A DNA stretch of 27,830 bases from Polyangiaceae bacterium (GTDB lineage: Bacteria; Myxococcota_A; Polyangia; Polyangiales; Polyangiaceae): NCBI GenBank assembly GCA_033763455.1, contig JANRKO010000037.1:1-27830 (forward strand). The letters run 5' to 3'. Below are positions 1 to 8,148 of the stretch, one piece after another; position 1 is the stretch's first letter, and every line of letters starts with the position of its first letter. The notes under the pieces were generated by a model that was not told the origin of the DNA, did no database searches, and saw only the letters and a program-made list of their open reading frames with translations. A program made the translations under genes and the position numbers.

Positions 1-112
1 CACCATTTGGCCAAGACCTGCGCGATGTTTCCTCCGAACGCAATTCCAATAAACACAAACCGAAGAGCCGGATGCGGGAAATTCGCAAGTCCGGTTCTGT
101 AAGGAGCACCGG

Positions 113-1861
113 GTGGCAACACCCGGTGTTTACTTGATGAAGAAACTAGACATGGCCACGAAAGCACTCCTTCCATCTAAGCGAGCCATTTGGGCTCGGC
201 TCACCACCTTGGCTTGCGCTGCGGGGGCAGCCTTTTCGTGTAGCGACGACGCTTCATCCCCATTGCCCACGGGTACCGGTGGCACAGCGGCCATCACGGG
301 AGGCGCGAGCGCAAAGAGCGGTGGAGCCGCGAGTGGCGGGACGGGTGGGGCGGGGGTGACAGCCGGGGTTGGGGCAACAGGTGGAGCTGCTATGGCCGGA
401 GCTGGAACCGGGGGCGCTAGCGGCGGGGCGAACGGCGCGTCGGGTGGGCAGGCGGGCGCTGCGGGGCTGGCCGGGGCGGGGGGTGCGTCCGGGGGCGCAC
501 CGTCGTCGACTGGGGGTGCTGGCGGTCAGGCAGGGGCTCCCGTTGCCGGTGCCCCAGGCTCGGGCGGTCAAGCTGCCACTTCGTATACTGAGTTCTCGAG
601 TCCAGTGCCGGTTTCTCCGACGGAGGCAGATCGCTTCTTTGGAGTTACGTTCGATCCAGAAGGGCGGGTATACGCCACGGGTTATGTCGTCGGGGGCAAC
701 GGGGACAGCCGTGTGGCGTTAGTGCGGTTTCTCTCGAACGGTAACTTGGATACTGGTTTCGGAACCTTTGGTGTTGTGACCTTAAATACCACCGTCGGGG
801 CAGGAACCACAGACCAAGGGCGCTCCGTACGCGTGCAGTCGGACGGGAGGGTTGTTGTAGCGGGGTACACTCAGAACGCTTCGAACATGTTGGACAGGGA
901 CGTGGTGGTGGCCCGTTTTACCAGCAGCGGCACGCTTGATACCACGTTCGGCAACTTGGGACTCACGATCTTGGATATTAACGCCGCCACGCCTACTACT
1001 GGTGCGCCAGACACCCTGTGGGACATGGATCTTGATGCGACAGATCGCATCGTACTGTTCGGAGTGACCGAAGCGCTCGACATACGCACCGATCAGGAGC
1101 GCTTTGTCGCCCGGCTCACCAAAGACGGCGCTCTTGATACGAGCTTTGCCGCCGCGAGCACTTTGCCCGGAGTTTTCACGCATGATCTGGATGCGCTTGG
1201 CCTGGCCGACCAAGCCCGCGGGGGGTTCGTTCAAGCGGACGGCAAGATCCTCGCCTCTGGCTACACCCCAGTAGGCGGCAACAACGAAGTCGTGCTCGTG
1301 CGCCTCAACGACAATGGGACACCCGACCCTACGTTCTCGGGAGGCGGCGTGGTTCGTTCGGCGGTTTTTCCAGCTCCCGGCATGGCAGAAGCCTACGGAG
1401 CCGTCCGGCAATCCGACGGAAAATACGTCACTACAGGTTACGGGCGAGAGGCAGCTTCGCCGGCTCCGGTGGACTTAGTGTCCTTCCGCTATGGATCGGA
1501 TGGGGCGCATGACACGAGCTGGAATGGAGGTGGAGCCCTCATTCACAACGTGGGCGTTAACGACCGCGGCCGAAACCTCTTGGGCTTGCCCGATGATCGG
1601 ATCGTGATGGTGGGTACGGCTACGCCGGTGGACTCCGAAGACGCGATGGTGGTCCTTGTCCGAAACACGGGCGCTCTTGAAACCACTTTTGGTACGATTG
1701 CGAAGCCAGGCTACCGCTTGTTCGACTTCGGGGGTGCGGACGAAGAGTTCTACGGCGTGGCACTCTCGCCTGATAAGCGACTGCTGGCCATCGTTGGTTA
1801 CCGCTCAGGCGGCGTGATCACCAACGACGACGCCACGCTGCTCTTGCTGCCGGTTCCCTGA
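113..1861 (+). CDS. Lipoprotein with Gly/Ala-rich linker and delta-60 repeat (DUF5122-like) beta-propeller domain
   Basis: AAGGAG (101-106) precedes GTG 113; alternative ATGs at 137 and 152. Signal ends AAFSC, followed by ~110 aa of G/A/S/T linker. About six delta-60-like repeats follow (GNLDTGFG, GTLDTTFG, GALDTSF, GTPDPTFS, GAHDTSWN, GALETTFG) with VQSDGRVVVAG/QADGKILASG units. Confidence 0.85.
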   Translation: MATPGVYLMKKLDMATKALLPSKRAIWARLTTLACAAGAAFSCSDDASSPLPTGTGGTAAITGGASAKSGGAASGGTGGAGVTAGVGATGGAAMAGAGTGGASGGANGASGGQAGAAGLAGAGGASGGAPSSTGGAGGQAGAPVAGAPGSGGQAATSYTEFSSPVPVSPTEADRFFGVTFDPEGRVYATGYVVGGNGDSRVALVRFLSNGNLDTGFGTFGVVTLNTTVGAGTTDQGRSVRVQSDGRVVVAGYTQNASNMLDRDVVVARFTSSGTLDTTFGNLGLTILDINAATPTTGAPDTLWDMDLDATDRIVLFGVTEALDIRTDQERFVARLTKDGALDTSFAAASTLPGVFTHDLDALGLADQARGGFVQADGKILASGYTPVGGNNEVVLVRLNDNGTPDPTFSGGGVVRSAVFPAPGMAEAYGAVRQSDGKYVTTGYGREAASPAPVDLVSFRYGSDGAHDTSWNGGGALIHNVGVNDRGRNLLGLPDDRIVMVGTATPVDSEDAMVVLVRNTGALETTFGTIAKPGYRLFDFGGADEEFYGVALSPDKRLLAIVGYRSGGVITNDDATLLLLPVP

Positions 1862-1900
1862 CGGGCTTGCCTTCCAAGTTAAGCTTCGCACCTCTGCCCT

Positions 1901-3370
1901 ATGACTTTAGCCTGTCTTAAGCACGTCAAGCGACGACCACCGCTGATTCTTGGCGTGGTGGCGTTCTTGGCCACGCCAGCCTGCCGCAAACCTGCGCCTG
2001 ATGAGGTGGTTTTTCAAGGCACGAGCGTGGTCGCCCGCCCCATGAACACGGCGGGTGCCACCGGAGGCAGCCCCGCGCTGGGCAGCGGTGGCGTGCTCAA
2101 CAGGCCTACTTCAGGCGCCACAGTGAGCAACCCCACCGGCGGGACTGGGGGGCAACCGAATCCAGGTAGTGGTGGGTCGCCGTCCAGCGCATCCGGCGGG
2201 AGCACGCCTCAGCCAATGGGAGGTTCTGCGGGCCAAAGCCCGCTACCTCCGGAACCACTCATTCCACGAGCGGTAAGCTGTGGAGGCGCCAACGTTGTGG
2301 TTCCCTTCAGCAAGGAAGCGTTGCTTGGCTCGATCGCCGAATGTGCGGTGAAGTCCTACGTCGATTTCGAGGTCGCAGCGCGCGCACTGAGCTTGGTCCT
2401 CGCTGGCACCCGTACAGACACAACCCCCGAACAGGCCTGGCTCAGCACCCAACGCGCCTGGCAGCATGCCGAGCTTTTCCGCTTCGGCCCTGCGGGACGC
2501 TCTACCGAGCCAGGCGGGCGGGACCTGCGCGACCACATCTACGGTTGGCCGTTGATCAGCCGCTGCAAAATAGAGGAGCAGTTGGTGAGTCAGGCCTACG
2601 CGCTCCCGACGTTCTCCGACACTACCATTAATGGGCGCGGGCTAGGCGCCCTAGAATACTTGCTGTTCTACAAGGGCAGCGACAATGCTTGCTCCGCCTT
2701 CTCTCCAATCAACGCAGGAGCGTGGGTTGCATTGGGTCCCGTTGAGCTCGCTCAACGAAAACGCGCGTACGCGTTGGCCGCTGCCAGCGACGTAGTGGCG
2801 CGCGCCAATTCACTGTTGTCATTTTGGGATCCTGCCTCGGGCAACTTCTGCAAGGAAGTCACCCAAGCAGGCACAGGTAGCACAACGTTCGGTAGTACTC
2901 AGTTGGCTCTGAACGCGGTGAGCGACGCGCTCTTTTACATGGACGAGGAGTTCAAAGATTGGAAGCTGGGGCGCCCCTCGGGCCTGGTAGAGTGTGCTGG
3001 GTTGAGCTGCCCTGAGGCGGTGGAGGCTCCGTATGCAGGGGCTTCGTTGGACAACTTACGAGCTAACGTGTCAGGGTTTCGCAGCCTGTTTCAAGGCTGC
3101 GGCCAGGGCCATTCAGGCCTTGGCTTCGATGATTGGCTCATCGCGGTGGGTGCGAGTGACCTCAACGCGCGCATGTTCGGCGCACTCGATCAACTGGAGC
3201 AAAAGCTCAAGGCCGTCCCCGTTCCGCTCGAAGATCTGGTTAGAACGGACCTTGCCCGCGCCCAGGAGCTTCACGCTGCCGCCAAGGCCCTTACTGATCT
3301 TCTGAAGACGGAGTTCGTCACGTTGCTGAATCTGGACTTGCCGAAATCGGTTGAAGGTGACAACGACTAG
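1901..3370 (+). CDS. Imelysin-family (Peptidase M75-like) lipoprotein, probable metal/iron-uptake component
   Basis: Lipobox-like ATPAC and G/S/P linker. Imelysin-like motifs AWQHAELFRFGP, IYGWP, RGLGALEYLLF, KDWKLGRP and EAPYAGASLDNLRANV, plus an acidic C-terminus EGDND. Confidence 0.85.
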   Translation: MTLACLKHVKRRPPLILGVVAFLATPACRKPAPDEVVFQGTSVVARPMNTAGATGGSPALGSGGVLNRPTSGATVSNPTGGTGGQPNPGSGGSPSSASGGSTPQPMGGSAGQSPLPPEPLIPRAVSCGGANVVVPFSKEALLGSIAECAVKSYVDFEVAARALSLVLAGTRTDTTPEQAWLSTQRAWQHAELFRFGPAGRSTEPGGRDLRDHIYGWPLISRCKIEEQLVSQAYALPTFSDTTINGRGLGALEYLLFYKGSDNACSAFSPINAGAWVALGPVELAQRKRAYALAAASDVVARANSLLSFWDPASGNFCKEVTQAGTGSTTFGSTQLALNAVSDALFYMDEEFKDWKLGRPSGLVECAGLSCPEAVEAPYAGASLDNLRANVSGFRSLFQGCGQGHSGLGFDDWLIAVGASDLNARMFGALDQLEQKLKAVPVPLEDLVRTDLARAQELHAAAKALTDLLKTEFVTLLNLDLPKSVEGDND

Positions 3371-4751
3371 TTCCTTCTACCGCCTCTTGACGCGGCTGCG
3401 AGAACCCGTCGATTCGGCGTGGTTGGCTGCCTTTCGTGTATTGTTTGGGCTGACGCTAGCGGTGAGCATCGGTCGCTTCATCTGGAACGGCTGGATTGAT
3501 ACCTTCTACGTTCGCCCCACCTTTCGCTTCTCGTACTTTGGCTTCGAATGGCTCACCCCGCTTTCAGATGAAGGGTTCCACCTGCTGTTCTGGGTGCTGG
3601 GTGCACTGGCTGTCGCAGTGGCACTCGGATTTTTGTTCCGCCTCACTGCCCTGCTGTTCGCCCTGGGCTTCGCTTACCTCCAGCTCCTGGATGTGGGAAC
3701 CTACCTCAACCACTATTATCTGGCTGCGCTCCTCAGCTTTCTGTTGTGGCTCTCCCCCGCCCATCGTACCTGGTCGTTGGATCGCTGCCTGTTTCGAATG
3801 CGTTCGCCTGAGAAAGTACGCGCTCTCTGGCTTTACCTATTTCGATTTCAGCTGGCGGTTGTTTACACGTTTGCTGGGCTTGCCAAGGCCACTCCAGATT
3901 GGTTGTGGCACGCGCAGCCGCTGGGCATTTGGATTTCGTCTCACACTGACCTGTTCCTGGTTGGGCCGTTCTTCCGGCTGCCTTTTGCGGCCCACGTCAT
4001 GAGTTGGGCGGGCTTTCTGTTCGATATGAGTATCGCTTGGCTCTTGCTCGTTCCGCGCTTGCGCCCCTTTGCGTACCCGGTCTTGCTTTTCTTCCACAGC
4101 ATGACGAGCGTGCTGTTTCCAATTGGGATGTTCCCGGTGATCATGACCTTGGGTGCGCTGGTTTTCTTTTCACCTTCTTGGCCAAGGAGGCTCCTGGGAA
4201 TTCTCGGCGCACGGCTCGCGTCGGATCCCAACCCCGCCACAAATGCAGAGGGAACCCTAGGGTTTTCCCGGCTGGACCGTCTGGGTCTCATGGCTGCCGC
4301 CAGCTACTGTGTCCTCCAACTCGCGATGCCGTTGCGCTATTTGGCATATGGAGGCAACGTGCTTTGGCACGAGCAAGGCATGCGCTTCTCCTGGCGTGTT
4401 ATGGTGCGCGAGAAGAATGGAAGCGTTACCTTCGTTGTGCGTGAGCCGCGTACGGGCAAGATTTGGCACGTCAGTGCACGCCGCTACCTGAACCCGGTGC
4501 AGGAGCGTGAAATGTCCACCCAGCCTGATTTGATCTTGCAGCTAGCGCATCGAATCAGGGACGATTACCGTGCCCTTACCAACTCGCCCGTCGAAGTGCG
4601 TGCGGAGGCCCTCGTGTCGCTCAACGGAAGGCGCATTCATGCTCTGATTGATCCCAATGTGGATCTCGCAACAGTCCAAGACAGCCTCCTTCCAGCCCGA
4701 TTCATCCTCCCCTCTCCTGTGGAAGCCCCACCTCACCTTAAGCGCATATGA
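3351..4751 (+). CDS. HTTM-domain / vitamin K-dependent gamma-carboxylase-like membrane protein
   Basis: Multi-TM protein with LAAFRVLFG, YLNHYYL, VYTFAGLAK..DWL, FHSMT..LFPIGMFP, WHEQGMRFSWRVM, MSTQPDLILQLAH and VSLNGR motifs. Start uncertain (TTG 3351 or a nearby GTG/TTG); overlaps the imelysin 3' end. Confidence 0.88.
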   Translation: MKVTTTSSFYRLLTRLREPVDSAWLAAFRVLFGLTLAVSIGRFIWNGWIDTFYVRPTFRFSYFGFEWLTPLSDEGFHLLFWVLGALAVAVALGFLFRLTALLFALGFAYLQLLDVGTYLNHYYLAALLSFLLWLSPAHRTWSLDRCLFRMRSPEKVRALWLYLFRFQLAVVYTFAGLAKATPDWLWHAQPLGIWISSHTDLFLVGPFFRLPFAAHVMSWAGFLFDMSIAWLLLVPRLRPFAYPVLLFFHSMTSVLFPIGMFPVIMTLGALVFFSPSWPRRLLGILGARLASDPNPATNAEGTLGFSRLDRLGLMAAASYCVLQLAMPLRYLAYGGNVLWHEQGMRFSWRVMVREKNGSVTFVVREPRTGKIWHVSARRYLNPVQEREMSTQPDLILQLAHRIRDDYRALTNSPVEVRAEALVSLNGRRIHALIDPNVDLATVQDSLLPARFILPSPVEAPPHLKRI

Positions 4752-6991
4752 GCTGCCGTCTCCCTCGTTATCGTCCACCATCGAGATTTCGTTCCAGGCT
4801 CCTTGCAGGGGCGTTCGGTGGGTACTTAGTGGCTGTAAGTCTTGCTGCTGGAGCTCAGACCGTCGAGGCAACTCCCGCTGCCGAAACGAATCCAACTGAA
4901 GCAAGTCCACTGGAGGTGATGATCGTCGGGGTTCCAGCGCGGCGCGTGGCGGGTTCAGCTCACGTGATCCAAAAGGCTGAGCTCGAACGCTTCGAATACG
5001 ACGACCCGCACGCGGTCTTGCAGAGTGTTCCGGGCGTCTACGTGCGAGGCGAAGACGGCGTCGGTTTGCGCCCGAATGTCGGCCTACGGGGAGTTAACCC
5101 TGACCGCAGCAAGAAGTTGGCACTCTATGAAGACGGCGTCCCGTTTGCGCCCGCCCCGTATTCGGCTCCTGCGGCCTATTATTTCCCCGTGCTCACCCGC
5201 ATGCACCACCTGCGGATCGTGAAAGGGCCAAGTGCGATAAGCTATGGGCCGCAGACCGTGGGCGGCGCGATGGAGCTCATCACGCGACCTATTCCAGCGA
5301 ACGCAGAGGGAAGCGCGGACGTGGCGGCGGGAGAATTCGGCTACGGCAAGGCGCACGGGTATTTCGGCTCAAGCGACGGTAAGAGCGGGTTTCTCGTTGA
5401 GGGTGTGCATCTCATGAACAGCGGCTTCAAGGAGCTCCCAAGTGGCGCTGACACGGGTGCCTATCGCAATGAATGGATGTTCAAGTCATCCTACGCCCCC
5501 AACCCAAGCGCCGCGGATCAGAGCGAGTTCACTTTGAAGCTCACCTATTCGGACGAAGTCTCTAATGAGACTTACCTTGGCCTCACAGACAGTGATTTTC
5601 GCAAGTTCCCCGATCGAAGGTACGCGGCGAGCCAACTCGACCGCATGGCGTGGCACCGTTTTGCCGTAGCTCTCAAACACGAATTCGTGACCCTATCAGG
5701 AGTGAAGGTACGGACGCTTGTCTATCGTCAAGACATGGCTAGAACCTGGCGAAAGCTGAACGGGTTCCGCGGTGCCCAGCTCTTCGACGTTACGACCACC
5801 CCAGATACGCCACAGAATCAGATTTTTGCCGAGTTGTTGCGCGGCACGCAAAACTCCGGCTCACCCACCGAGGGGCTCCTCATCGGGCCGAATCAACGCG
5901 AGCTCGCGTCCCAAGGCATCGAAACTCGCGTTCAGTTAGCAAAGGTGACGGGTCCCGTGCACCACGATCTGGAATACGCCGCGCGCTTGCACAACGATCG
6001 CGTAGAGCGCCGCCACAGTGAGGATGGTTTCGTGTTCGTTGACGGTCGGCTTCTGCCAGACGCCACCCCGACTGTCGTAACGGCCTTCAACGAGGCGGAA
6101 AGCTCCGCACTAGCACTCCACGCCGTAGACAAGGCAACCTGGGGCGAGCTTACGCTCACGCCTGGCGCCCGCCTTGAGGTTGTGCGTTCCATCTTTCGCG
6201 ATCGCACCTCCGGGGAACAGGCGACCCAGCTCACCCACGCCATTCTTCCGGGCGTAGGAGCATTTCTGTCCTTGTCCGACGCGTTCGGCGTTCTGTCCGG
6301 CGTGCACCGCGGTTTTAGCCCACCCGCTCCGAGCTTGGAACGCCAAGTTTCCCCTGAATTCAGTGTGAACTACGAAGCCGGTGGGCGCTTCATAGAAGGG
6401 GCGACTCGCCTCGAACTCATTGGTTTCTACAACGACTACTCGAACCTCACCGAGGTGTGCACGTTTTCGAGCGGCTGCAGGGAGTCGGATTTGGACCAAC
6501 AAGTGGATGCCGGCCAAGCTGCCATCTATGGCGCTGAGGTGTACCTCGGGGCAACGCCAGCTGCCGGCGAATTCAAGGTCCCGATGAGTCTCGCTTATAC
6601 CGTGACGCGCACTGAGTTTCTCCGCGCCTTTGCTTCAAGCGACCCAATCTTTGGAACGGTTGAGGTCGGTGACGAAATTCCGTACGTGCCACGGCATCAA
6701 GCGTCTGCCTCTTTGGGGCTCGAACAGGAACGGTTCGGTGCCGCTGCGCACGCAGTCTTCGTATCCCGTATGCGTGAGCAGGCGGGCTCGGCGCCCCTCT
6801 CCGAGGTACTTTCCACCGACGAACAATTCACGGTGGATTTTAGTGGATATTATCAGATTCACGCTTCGATTAAGCTCTATGCCAACCTGCGTAATGCCTT
6901 CGATCAGCGGGCCATCGTATCCCGCCGGCCGTACGGGGCCCGCCCGAATGCGCCGCGCTGGACGCAAGTGGGCATCAAAGCTGATTTCTGA
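4748..6991 (+). CDS. TonB-dependent outer-membrane receptor, FecA-like
   Basis: ATGA overlap with the upstream gene. Signal peptide, plug domain (VPGVYVRGEDGVGLRPNVGLRG, YEDGVP, IVKGPSAISYGPQTVGGA) and a C-terminal barrel ending NAPRWTQVGIKADF. Confidence 0.95.
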   Translation: MSCRLPRYRPPSRFRSRLLAGAFGGYLVAVSLAAGAQTVEATPAAETNPTEASPLEVMIVGVPARRVAGSAHVIQKAELERFEYDDPHAVLQSVPGVYVRGEDGVGLRPNVGLRGVNPDRSKKLALYEDGVPFAPAPYSAPAAYYFPVLTRMHHLRIVKGPSAISYGPQTVGGAMELITRPIPANAEGSADVAAGEFGYGKAHGYFGSSDGKSGFLVEGVHLMNSGFKELPSGADTGAYRNEWMFKSSYAPNPSAADQSEFTLKLTYSDEVSNETYLGLTDSDFRKFPDRRYAASQLDRMAWHRFAVALKHEFVTLSGVKVRTLVYRQDMARTWRKLNGFRGAQLFDVTTTPDTPQNQIFAELLRGTQNSGSPTEGLLIGPNQRELASQGIETRVQLAKVTGPVHHDLEYAARLHNDRVERRHSEDGFVFVDGRLLPDATPTVVTAFNEAESSALALHAVDKATWGELTLTPGARLEVVRSIFRDRTSGEQATQLTHAILPGVGAFLSLSDAFGVLSGVHRGFSPPAPSLERQVSPEFSVNYEAGGRFIEGATRLELIGFYNDYSNLTEVCTFSSGCRESDLDQQVDAGQAAIYGAEVYLGATPAAGEFKVPMSLAYTVTRTEFLRAFASSDPIFGTVEVGDEIPYVPRHQASASLGLEQERFGAAAHAVFVSRMREQAGSAPLSEVLSTDEQFTVDFSGYYQIHASIKLYANLRNAFDQRAIVSRRPYGARPNAPRWTQVGIKADF

Positions 6992-7131
6992 TCTCGGGCC
7001 TCTCGCCTGCTAGGCTCCGCGCAGCTGGGAGAGATGGGTGCAAGGTCATCGAGCACGGTGGCCGCTCTGCCAAAAGTTGGGACCAAAGCGCATCGACGCC
7101 CGCCACCTTTGGTGTTATCGGAGAGGTCGCT

Positions 7132-8115
7132 ATGTTTCAATCCGTTCATGCTAGCCGATTTCAGCGCTCATGGCTCGCCGCTGGCACTCTGTGGCTCCAA
7201 GCGGCCGTAACCTTGCACGCTTGTGCACCTCAAAGCGACGCCAAGTCTCCGACTACTGTCTCGCCTAGGGCGGCCAGTGGTGCGGCTCTTGCCCCAACAC
7301 CTGCCAGCCCTAACGATGCGCGAGGTGGGCGCCTTTACGACAATTGGCGCAACGAGAAGAAGCTGCTGAGCTTCGTCGCTGACTCTTCGAAAACCCCAGA
7401 ATTGGATGGGGAAGGTGGGCCCCATAGTAACGGAACGTTGAGCGATTCCGAGGGAAAGCCGTTGGCAAATACGGGGCACGATTATCGGCTTAAGAACTTC
7501 TTTGGTTGGGATCTGCGTGGCGCCGAGGGCATCTATGGGGCCACGTTTCACAACAAGCCGTTCGCAATCAGCGTTAACCTGCTGACCGACACACGCACGG
7601 AGGCCGAACTCTTCGCATGGTTTAAAGGGGGAGGCAGTGGGTTGCCCGCATTCGGCTCAGTACTGAGCGACGCCGACTTGAAAGACCTCGTGGCTTTCGT
7701 AATAAAGACCCGCGCTAATGCTTTGCCACGCCCTGAACAGATCTTTCGACTAGATGCGGAAGCCCCCAAGAACTACGCCCTTTTAGACGGTGGGAATGCC
7801 GTCAGGGGCAAAGCCAGCTATCAGGAGGCCTGCTCCGGATGCCACGGGGCTGACGGCCGCAACTTCCCCCTCGACGAGACCGAAAGCGTGGGGAGCCTTT
7901 CGCGCTTGAGCGGCTATGAGGTGTGGTTCAAGGTCGTCAACGGTCAACCGGGCTCGCGTATGGGCCGCATGCTACCCGAAGCTCACGGCAAGCTGGAGGC
8001 CCAGGCTGTGCTCGACGTATTGGCAGCCCTCTGCGATCGAACAGCCTTTCCAGCGCTCAACGGCACCGCCGAAGTCCCGGACGGCGATGCTCGGTGCGGT
8101 TCGTATTTGAAGTAA
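7132..8115 (+). CDS. c-type cytochrome lipoprotein (one intact CxxCH)
   Basis: GGAGAGG RBS-like site upstream, lipobox TLHAC, and RGGRLYDNW motif. CSGCH is encoded at 7831-7845, with downstream NGQPGSRM as a possible Met ligand. Confidence 0.8.
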   Translation: MFQSVHASRFQRSWLAAGTLWLQAAVTLHACAPQSDAKSPTTVSPRAASGAALAPTPASPNDARGGRLYDNWRNEKKLLSFVADSSKTPELDGEGGPHSNGTLSDSEGKPLANTGHDYRLKNFFGWDLRGAEGIYGATFHNKPFAISVNLLTDTRTEAELFAWFKGGGSGLPAFGSVLSDADLKDLVAFVIKTRANALPRPEQIFRLDAEAPKNYALLDGGNAVRGKASYQEACSGCHGADGRNFPLDETESVGSLSRLSGYEVWFKVVNGQPGSRMGRMLPEAHGKLEAQAVLDVLAALCDRTAFPALNGTAEVPDGDARCGSYLK

Positions 8116-8148
8116 AGCTATGCAAATGGGGGGAAAGCGCCTTCACTG

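Noticed and set aside
34..56. AT-rich GAACGCAATTCCAATAAA upstream of the uptake operon as a Fur box
   Set aside because: Only a weak half-site resemblance and no convincing palindrome. The context is suggestive but the sequence support is insufficient.
270..575. G-rich low-complexity tracts here and at ~2050-2240, ~15715-15975 and ~20490-20690 as repeats or RNA elements
   Set aside because: They encode Gly/Ala/Ser linkers of lipoproteins, a common myxobacterial trait, and show no regular repeat-spacer structure.
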